NCBI GenBank assembly: GCA_002269645.1
Contig: NIVC01002802.1
Span: 1 to 64,000, forward strand
Reading direction: 5' to 3'
Length of the DNA: 64,000 bases
Source: Macrostomum lignano
Lineage: Eukaryota
This document shows positions 34,101-64,000 of the stretch, piece by piece (position 1 is the first letter of the stretch; every line of letters begins with the position of its first letter). The notes beneath the pieces were generated by a model that saw nothing but the letters and a program-made list of their open reading frames with translations, made no database searches and had not been told where the DNA came from. A program made the position numbers and the translations under genes.

Positions 34101-37100
34101 CTACAGTCACGGACTTCGACGTATGTCTATGCATTTCATTATTTATTTTTTAATATCGAACCAAATGCAAATGACAGCGCTACACTAATTGAAGAATTCA
34201 AAATTCATTATTCTCCATTAATATAGGATTATAGTTGGGATTTGAATAATTGGATAATTCCATTAAAATAATTAGCAAAGTGTCGAAACCTATTGTTTTG
34301 CGGCCAGAATAGCCTCGAATTGGTCTGAATATCTTTGCTTGGTTGTCTTTTACGAGTAATATGTGTGCATCTTCTGTCGTCAGTTCTAATTAGCTTGATT
34401 GGCGTTTTATCAGCAATTGATTGACTTTCGATCAAATTGATTGAATCTATCTATCAGCTTGATTGGCGTTTTATCAAACTGATTGACTTTCTATCAAACT
34501 GATTGACTTTCTATCAAACTGATTGACTTTCTATTGACTTTCGATCAAATTGATTTAATTCTATCAAGTTAGCTCGATTGGCTTTTTATCAGCTTGATTG
34601 GCTTTTTATCAGCTTGATTGGCTTTTTGTCAGCTTGATTGGCTTTTTGTCAGCTTGATTGGCTTTTTATCAGCTTGATTGGCTTTTTATCAGCTTGATTG
34701 GCTTTTTATCAGCTTGATTGGCTTTTTATCAGCTTTCATTGGCTTTTTATCAAATTGATTGGCTTTTTGTCAGCTTGGTTGGCTTTTTATCAGCTTTGAC
34801 TGGTTTTTTATCAGATTGATTGGCTTTTTATCAGCTTGATTGGCTTTTTATCAGCTTGATTGGCTTTTTGTCAGCTTGATTGGCTTTTTATCAGCTTGAT
34901 TGCATTTTTATCAGCTTGATTGGCTTTTTATCAGCTTGATTGGCTTTTTATCAGCTTGAATGGCTTTTTATCAGCTTGATTGGCTTTTTGTCAGCTTGAT
35001 TGGCTTTTTATCAGCTTGATTGGCTTTTTATCAGCTTGATTGGCTTTTTATCAGCTTGATTGGCTTTTTATCAGCTTTCATTGGCTTTTTATCAAATTGA
35101 TTGGCTTTTTGTCAGCTTGATTGGCTTTTTATCAGCTTGATTGGCTTTTTATCAGCTTGATTGGCTTTTTATCAGCTTGATTGGCTTTTTATCAGCTTGA
35201 TTGGCTTTTTATCAGCTTGATTGGCTTTTTATCAGCTTGATTGGCTTTTTTGTCAGCTTGATTGGCTTTTTATCAGCTTGATTGGCTTTTTATCAGCTTG
35301 ATTGGCTTTTTATCAGCTTGATTGGCTTTTTATCAGCTTGATTGGCTTTTTTGTCAGCTTGATTGGCTTTTTATCAGCTTGATTGGCTTTTCATCAGCTT
35401 GATTGGCCTTTTATCAGCTTGATTGGCTTTTTATCAGCTTGATTGGCTTTTTATCAGCTTGATTGGCTTTTTATCAGCTTGATTGGCTTTTTTGTCAGCT
35501 TGATTGGCTTTTTATCAGCTTGATTGGCTTTTCATCAGCTTGATTGGCCTTTTATCAGCTTGATTGGCTTTTTATCAGCTTGATTGGCTTTTTATCAGCT
35601 TGATTGGCTTTTTATCAGCTTGATTGGCTTTTTATCAGCTTGATTGGCTTCTTGTCAAATTGATTGACTTTCAATCAAATTGATTGAATCAATCTATCAG
35701 CTTCGATTGACTTTTTACCAGCTTGATTCGAACATGAACAAACTTGAGACTGGATCGTTAACTCACAGAATTTCCTTCCTCAGTTTCGTCTGGCGGTTTA
35801 ACGTCAGAAAACTGGTGCATAACTTTCTCTGAGATGGAGTGCATAAGCAGAATCCAGCCAATATTCAGGTAGCGCATCATGCTCAAACGGAGTCGTCTGG
35901 CCTGTTCGAAGTTCTCGCGGGTGCCAGTCAGGATGCCGTAGGACAGAAACGAGATACGGTTTAGCCAGGGTATGTTCAAGTACATCTGCCACCAGCGACC
36001 GATCACACCTTGGTTAGGGGTGGAAATGACTGATTACTTAAAATTGAATTGTTTGGTAAAGACAATCGGGGTCATTATAGTAGGTCATAGACAGTCGCGG
36101 TTATGCTCAGTAGGTCATAGACAGTCGCGGTTATGCTCAGTAGGTCATAGACAGTCGCGGTTATGCTCAGTAGGTCATAGACAGTCGCGGTTATGCTCAG
36201 TAGGTCATAGACAGTCGCGGTTATGCTCAGTAGGTCATAGACAATTGCAGTCATGCTCAGTAGGTCATAGACAATTGTGGTCATGCTCAGTAGGTCATAG
36301 AAAATTGCGGTCATGCTCAGTAGGTCATAGACAATCGCGGTCATGCTCAGTAGGTCATAGGCAGACCTTAATAGTAGGTCATGGATGAACTGTCATAGAC
36401 AGTACATGTAGGTCATAGACAATCGGTCATACACAGTAGTATGTAGGTCATAGACAATTGCGGTCATACAGAGTATTACATGTAGGTCATAGACAATCGG
36501 TCATACACAGAGTAAGTCATTGATGTTCAAACAAAACGGCATAGAAACAGGCTACATGTAAATAAACAAATTTAAGAAGAAAAAACCCAGAAAACTGATT
36601 GCACCCAAACCAGCTCAATTGGGCCACACTAATGGTTTGAGAAGAAAAAATGTAAACAATAAAGGAGAGAGACTAATTGTCGGCGCACGTCAAAGTGAGA
36701 CAATATAATGCTGCTATTTTATTGCTCAGAGAAACTTAGAGGTGCAATAAAATATGAATTTAACACAATGTTTTATGGTCCAGTACATATGCATTCAGGG
36801 TGTGTGAGAGTTCAGTTAAGGCTGAGTCGAGGAGAATCACACAGCCTCCTCAAGCACGACTGATGCAATTCTCACTTTAGTTTTTCAAGCCAAAGTCAAG
36901 ATGACTCAATTGACTCCAAAGCACTCTTAGTAATGTTTTCTCTGCGGCATTGAAATTTAGTTTACTATAGCTATACATACTACAAAACAGAAAGTTGCAC
37001 ACGAGCTCGGTGACTTGAGGAAAATTGGTAAAATTTGCCTCTCGCGACCTTCTTCCCCCTTTCATCTGAACTTTTCACTCGCTTCCATCTCACACCTGCT

Positions 37101-37730
37101 TTCCTCTCATCTGCTTCCCCTCTCACCCGAATCTCACCTGAATATCACTCGAATGTGACTCGAATCTTACCCGAATCTCACCCAAATCTCAACCAAATCT
37201 CACCGGAGTTTCACCCGAATCTCATCCGAATCTCACCTGAACCTCACCCGAATCTCACCTGAATCTCACTCGAATCTCACCTGAATCTCATCCGAATTTC
37301 ATCCGAATGTCACCTAAATCTTACCTGAATCTCGCCCGAATCTCACCTGAAATCTCACCCGAGTTTCAACCGAATCTCACCCGAATCTCACCCGGATCTC
37401 ACCCGAATCTCACCCGGATCTCAACCAAATCTCACCCGAATCCCAACCAAATCCCAAGCAGCACTCACCGGCCACAAAGAAGCCAAGAATGAAGGACAGG
37501 GGAATTGATTTGTCCATTTCGTTGCAAAGCTTCACCACCAGTTCAAAACTCTGCCTGGTCTGAGGGCTCATGAAGCACCTGTAGCTGATATTGAAAGCGT
37601 AATAAATCACCAGGTAGAAAAACAGATCGGTATACACCAGTTTGTACAGGCTGCCACGCCATAGCAACAGAATCTTGATGAAGACGCCGCCTTGACTACT
37701 GGATATGGTCTCGCTGTAAGAGACTGTCAT
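27703..37730 (-). CDS. BEST: Bestrophin (Ca-activated anion channel family)
   Basis: Exons 37730-37469, 36008-35767, (32256-32158), 31769-31477, 30752-30653, 30568-30380 and 30305-30198, all GT-AG with matching phases. Motifs: WRGSLYKL, IPLSFILGFFV (neck I/F/F), RWWQMY, IPLVYTQVV, GWLKVA, NPFGDDDEDF (Ca clasp). A probable terminal exon 28128-27703 is phase-compatible but uncertain. Confidence 0.9.
28122..29975 (-). repeat. 19-bp minisatellite TCAGAAGTGTCCCCAGCCA (about 1.85 kb) in the bestrophin 3' region
   Basis: Read directly; gives SEVSPAIRSVPSHQKCPQP ORFs in all frames, broken by CCCTAG variants. Confidence 0.95.
30950..31372 (+). repeat. Degenerate ~10-bp repeat (TCTTGAAGTG) in a bestrophin intron
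   Basis: Read directly. Confidence 0.85.
32158..32256 (-). CDS. BEST: 99-nt symmetric (phase 0) bestrophin exon AGEGLLTRIRYVMDRLAGTNQMAAQLRANSKSR
   Basis: GC-rich island in an AT-rich intron; AACAAAACAG acceptor and GTGTGA donor; stop-free in host phase; below the ORF-track size cutoff. Confidence 0.65.
34430..35720 (+). repeat. 20-bp minisatellite TTGATTGGCTTTTTATCAGC (about 1.3 kb, intron)
   Basis: Read directly. Confidence 0.95.
36078..36505 (+). repeat. 30-bp minisatellite GTAGGTCATAGACAGTCGCGGTTATGCTCA (intron)
   Basis: Read directly. Confidence 0.95.
37120..37450 (+). repeat. Degenerate ~13-bp repeat CACCCGAATCTCA (intron)
   Basis: Read directly. Confidence 0.85.
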
Positions 37731-38104
37731 GCTTACGGAAACTGGGACTTATAGTTTGGCGAATTCGAAATGAAAATTCTGTTTTCAATGGCTATAAAAA
37801 CTATGTGGCAGGGACAGAGTATATGCTTTTTTTACTTATTTAGTTGCGCTGGGTCACAGGTTCTAATGGCGTCACTTCATTGGCCGCGAGCGAAAAGACA
37901 CGATAGCAATAGAGAGCAGTATACTCATCTGTGTTGCTATTAGCAACTCGAGGACGCTGAGCATCAGATATCATTGGCTGAGCGCTATATGTTCAAAAAA
38001 ATTATAGCAGTATACTCTAAGTGTTGATGCGGTGTAAGCATATGACTTTGGGTTTGTTGGTGAGTTGAGGGATTATTAAAAATTATTATATCTATGTTGA
38101 TTAT

Positions 38105-38410
38105 GAAAATAGGGTAAAGACTGGAGAGAGGCTAGAGAGGGGACAGGAGGGTAGACAGGGGAGAAGAGGGTAGAGAGAGGAGAAGATGGTAGACAGGGGA
38201 GAAGAGGGTAGAGAGGGGAGAAGAGGGTAGAGAGGGGAGAAGAGGGTAGAGAGGGGAGAAGAGGGTAGAGAGGGGAGAAGAGGGTAGAGGGGAGAAGAGG
38301 GTAGAGGAGACAGGAGGGTAGAGAGGGGAGCAGGATGGTAGAGAAGAGAGGCAGGCAGAGGAATCAAGAGGAGATGAGGGTGCAGAAGTGAGAGGATGGT
38401 ACAGAGGGAG
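38105..38410 (+). repeat. Polypurine tract with 19-bp GAGGGTAGAGAGGGGAGAA units
   Basis: Read directly. Confidence 0.85.
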
Positions 38411-39084
38411 ATCATAGTCAGAGACAGAGGAGCAAGATATATATAGATGCTTTATTAGAAAGATTTACCACAAAACACAAAAAGAACAAAGCTGCTATCC
38501 AATACCATGATGGCCGTGAATAGCAAAGATATGAATATAAAAAATTATGAAGGCCAAGATGTCACTCAGTAGCCATGAGAACAATTGCTATAGGATCGGA
38601 TATCAATGCAGTGCTGGATCTAGAAGGCACTCACGCAAACTTACGAGTACTTTTATCCAAATGGCTGCGTTACTCAATTTATTATAGGTTGATCTAGGGT
38701 CTGGCTTTTGCAGTAGGTTTTGCAAGTCGTTACATTTCAAGTTTCTGCTTTTCATTTTATGCCTTCTTAGTGGGAACAACAAATACAATGTTTTTTTGAC
38801 ATGTCTAACCATACCTACCAGTTTAATCTACCAGTCTGATTGTCTGTGTAATTTATTTTTCTAGAACCATCTGGCGTAGAAATAGAGGCGAAATGTATCG
38901 AAAACTAAAAAAACTGCAGAAATACAGCCGATTTGTATCGAAAAATATAAAACTAGACAAAAAACCCATTTGCATCAAAAAATACAAACTGCCAAAGGCG
39001 ATATGTGTATAGAAAGAATACAGAAAACCCTGCGATGAAAAATTCGATTTGGAAGAGCCCGGTCAAATATTACAAATTTGAAAT

Positions 39085-39135
39085 GCCCCCATTGGGGGCT
39101 TAGTGCGCTAGTCGTATATACTAGATCTAAATATA
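39085..39135 (+). mobile_element. Helitron-like 3' terminus fused to a 5' terminus
   Basis: GCCCCC-ATT-GGGGGC hairpin (39085-39099), 8 nt, CTAG (39108-39111), then TCGTATATACTA. Confidence 0.55.
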
Positions 39136-40144
39136 CTAAATCTTTAAGGTTTGTATGCTTGGATGTCCATAACGCTCGAGAGATTGCAATATCTATAAAA
39201 TTTGTATAACAACTACATGTAAATCAGTGTAATTGACGCATAGATACTTATAACCACGCCCACGCTCTCAGACTAACAAATCAAACAAATATAGCCACAT
39301 TGTAAAACCATGCAAGTAAAATATAAATTAGCAATTCACGCGACAAAAAATTATATTCTACAAGCCTACGTTTATACGTGTAATTATTATTATCAATAAG
39401 CGCAGTTCTGTTGTAGATTAATGAGTCCTAATAGGTGTGTGCTTGAGGTACTATATAAGTATTTACACTCACCGGGAACGTACTGCATGCACACACAGAC
39501 ACATACACACACAAATCTCTATAAGCAGTCTCTCTATATAATTCTATATATTGAGCACGAATTCCACTTATGTAGCCATTTAAAAGCATATCACAGAAAT
39601 GGAGAGAGGGAGAGAGAAAAAACTCTCAGAGGTTTCAACTGCACAACAAGGCATTTTCTGCACTAGTATAGTTTCTTTCCTTCTTGCCCGCTTTCCATCA
39701 AACCTACTCGTAGCTGTAGGGCAAATCATTTTTTTCTCTTTTAGAAAGCTAAACTGCTGCTGCTGTGAATACGACGCAGTTTATGGAATTACAAAAAGAC
39801 AAATTGTGACAACTAATTCCTGTGTTTTTAACCAGTTGTGCACCTGGGTGGTGTCAGTTTAAACGCAGGCACACACGATTTGAGTCGGACACTGCAGACA
39901 TATCTTTTTTACTAGGGTTTTTTGTTGTTGCTGAAAATGGCGTGAGCTCTGTTTTATAATTAGCTATGTGGTCTGTCTGCCCATCTGTTTATAGATTTAA
40001 TAATGACGTAATTAAGGTAGACAAAATTTGTTTAAATTTTTATCGGCTGTTTTTTGTTTCAGATTACGCTAGTGCTGTAAATTTAGTCAAGGTTGGCTTT
40101 TGTTCATGAACTCGCTCTTTGATGATTAGCCTTTTTGAAGTACA

Positions 40145-40320
40145 GTTTTAGTGTGTCTTTAGTGTCTGCCCAAGTGTGTCTTTAGTGTCTGCCCAAGTGT
40201 GTCTTTAGTGTCTGCCCAAGTGTCTTTAATGTCTGTCCAAGTGTCTTTAGTGTCTGCCCAAGTGACTTTAATGTCTGCCCAAGTGTCTTTAGTGTCGGCC
40301 CAAATGTCTTTAGTGTCTGT
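40145..40320 (+). repeat. ~21-bp repeat TGTCTTTAGTGTCTGCCCAAG
   Basis: Read directly. Confidence 0.85.
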
Positions 40321-40517
40321 ATTCATGCGTCTTAGCAGTATCTGTTTTAGTATGTCTTAGCAGTGTCATTCTGAGTGAGACTATACACTAAAAATTCAAA
40401 CTAGCTGGATGGATTAATAAATTGTTTGCAAACGTACCGGCAGGCATCAAATGTGGTTTCATCAAATGCGTTTTCACTCGTCAGACTATAAATGATTTTA
40501 GAATGCTTTATTATCGT

Positions 40518-40565
40518 GCTCCCCCTAGGAGGGGCGAGTGTGCTAGTCCATATACTAAATCTAGC
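40518..40565 (+). mobile_element. Second Helitron-like 3'/5' junction
   Basis: Imperfect hairpin GCTCCCCCTAGGAGGGGC, 7 nt, CTAG (40543-40546), then TCCATATACTAAATCTA, similar to the sequence after 39111. Confidence 0.45.
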
Positions 40566-41097
40566 AGCTCAACGGTAAACGCGTTTGACTCTCACGTCAC
40601 GAGAGTTCTATTCCGTGCTACAGCCACATTCATTTGAGCAGGGTTTGAGCAGGAAAAATTGGCCAAGGGAGATGCGATTCATATTCATTGGCGTGCTTGT
40701 CAGGAGTCAGCGGAATGGGCAGAATAGCCTCGACGCTCTGGTTGTGGGACCGATGTTGTTTCTGCAATTATTTCTGCTAAATATAAAACTCAAACAGCAA
40801 TAATTTCTATTGAACTTTACCCATTATTTACTAATATAGAGATTATCTTACTATTTTAATTGAAAACAAATTAATCAACGCATATATTTAGTGCTGATAA
40901 TATGTAATTAACTAATATTCCAGCATTAAATACCAAAAAAACCTTCATATTGAAGACGCAAGCAAACCAGGCAAAAGGCAGAATTTTTTATAGCAAAAGC
41001 TTTGAGTTGAAAAAAAGTTAAATTCAGATTATTTTACAAGTTTCAATGAGCTCATATTGCGTTTAATATTGTCAACACTGCTACACCTGTAGCTTGA

Positions 41098-41640
41098 AAA
41101 CTGAGGATCTGGGAGGCTGGCCCAGCAACTGAGGATCTGGGAGGCTGGCCCAACAACTGAGGATCTGGGAGGCTGGCCCAACAACTGAGGATCTGGGAGG
41201 CTGGCCCAGTAACTGAGGATCTGGGAGGCTGGCCCAGTAACTGAGGATCTGTGAGGCTGGCCCAGCAACTGAGGATCTGGGAGGCTGGCCCAGTAACTGA
41301 GGATCTGGGAGGCTGGCCCAGCAACTGAGGATCTGGGAGGCTGGCCCTGCAACTGAGGATCTGGGAGGCTGGCCCAGTAACTGAGGATCTGGGAGGCTGG
41401 CCCAGCAACTGAGGATCTGGGAGGCTGGCCCAGCAACTGAGGATCTGGGAGGCTGGCCCAGCAACTGAGGATCTGGGAGGCTGGCCCAACAACTGAGGAT
41501 CTGGGAGGCTGGCCCAGCAACTGAGGATCTGGGAGGCTGGCCCAGCAACTGAGGATCTGGGAGGCTGGCCCAGCAACTGAGGATCTGGGAGGCTGGCCCA
41601 ACAACTGAGGATCTGGGAGGCTGGCCTTGCAACTGAGGAC
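41098..41640 (+). repeat. 28-bp minisatellite AACTGAGGATCTGGGAGGCTGGCCCAGC, about 19 copies
   Basis: Read directly; explains ORFs 41029-41664. Confidence 0.95.
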
Positions 41641-42876
41641 ATCATGACTTGTATATGACATCATGACGCTATATCGGCACTAAAATATCCCAAAAGAAAA
41701 GTCAGTCAATGTTGGCAATATTGCAAAACTGTGATATAAAAATTGATTTCATGCGGTTGGCGCAGGTTAGCTGATATATTCTTAAACAATTTAATTTGAA
41801 GCGCTATGTTAGAAGAGAGCGGCACAGCAGTCAAGCATTTTGCTAGCACTGAAAATATGCATAAAAATATCTAATTATGCGATATTAATAATTAAGGCAG
41901 CTACTTATTAGTCTGATAGATTGAAGACACCAAATATTAATTAATATCTAATTTTGAAAAACAACAATGTTCAAAATCTGCACCTCAAACTACGAAGCTG
42001 GGGGGGGGGGGTGCATGCAACAGCTGCTGGATGCACAAGTGACCAAAACAGATCTATAATAATATATAACTATGTCACATAAAAACGCCATTTCAAACAA
42101 AAAAGTAGTAAATATTAACAAGCGCGCTAATTATACTACTTATATAAAAATATTGGCTACAAGTAGTAGTATCAGTAAAGAAAACCTTTTTAAAAGAATA
42201 AATTTTGAAAGCTTATACAATGATAAAAAGCAGATATTTTTTATTAATAATACCATATATTGCTTTGCTAATTAATCAACAGGGGATACATAAATAATGT
42301 AGCAAAAATGTACACAGGAAATAATAGTAGTTAAAATAATATCTCATAATTTTAATCAACTTATTCAATATTAACCCAAGTACCAAGCAATTGCAAGGCA
42401 AAGTGGCAAACAGTCGGCCAGTTTTATTAGTAAAATAAATATCAGAATCATGCAGCAATTCTTGAGTAAAATTCTCAATATAAAACAGAAACATAACAAG
42501 CTAGCAGTTGGTAAAGAATGCCAAATATGAACAAGCAATTACTTTTGTGTACAAAATAGATGACAGCATTTATACAAATAGCAAAGATTAAAAGTTAAAT
42601 ATCTAGACTACACAATGGGGTTTGTGAGGCCAACAGAAATATAACAGTAGCATCACGTGACCCATATGGTTTCTTATCCTATCTTGGCATCACGTGACCC
42701 ACATGGTTTCTTATCTTTGTCGTAACATTTTATGAGAACAATCACTACATAATCAAATGACTCATTAAGAATGATACTGTTTTTTAGCCTCACTACTACT
42801 AGTAGAGTTATTAAGCAGATATAAAAAGTTAAAAATCGATAATTAGTCCAAATGTGTCTCAGTCAGCAATCAGACA

Positions 42877-63750
<20,874 letters not shown>

Positions 63751-63847
63751 CTGATGGGATTAGGAATTGGGGGGGGGTATTTGTGTTGATCGACAAAAAT
63801 TGTACACAATTTTCTTTCGTGACAGCTTCAGAACAACTTCCGACGCT

Positions 63848-64000
63848 TCCTGACACTTTTACTGGCGCCTCCTGACACTTACGGCGCCTCCTGACACTTA
63901 AATTAGTACACATCATGACACCAATTTTGGCGCCCCTCCTGACACAAATGTTGGCGCCCTTCCTGACACAAATTTTGGCGCCCCTCCTGACACCAATGTT
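63848..64000 (+). repeat. ~26-bp repeat TTGGCGCCCCTCCTGACACAAAT, running off the window end
   Basis: Read directly. Confidence 0.85.

Noticed and set aside
38603-38812. ORF with LYLLFPLRRHKM, vaguely like the C-terminus of CR1/L2 reverse transcriptases
   Set aside because: Too short, with no RT motifs nearby.

Overview
Eukaryotic (metazoan) genomic DNA, not prokaryotic. The mix of GC3-rich exons, GT-AG introns each filled with a different minisatellite, and AT-rich spacers resembles a free-living flatworm such as Macrostomum; this is inference only. Five protein-coding genes were reconstructed by hand with consistent splice phases: (1) the 3' exons of an unknown NHL/beta-propeller-like gene (+, 12805-15402); (2) an intronless M1 aminopeptidase N-like gene (+, 17070-20030); (3) a 3-exon ankyrin-repeat plus Ser/Thr kinase gene (-, 25234-22726); (4) a bestrophin (-, 37730 to about 27703, 3' end unresolved); (5) the 3' part of talin, rod R7/R8 to the dimerisation helix (-, beyond 63750 to 42877). 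Bases 1-9.5 kb look like a head-to-tail array of non-autonomous Helitron-like elements carrying (TAACCC)n and polypurine tracts. Most long ORFs in the supplied track are repeat artefacts. The strongest unexplained signals are: (a) three independent cases of intronic minisatellite arrays in inverted orientation on either side of exons, which could pair in pre-mRNA; and (b) seven frame-preserving candidate cassette exons in talin, each matching the phase of its host intron. No CRISPR array, tRNA or rRNA could be supported. No database searches or computations were run; all homology calls come from motif recognition.
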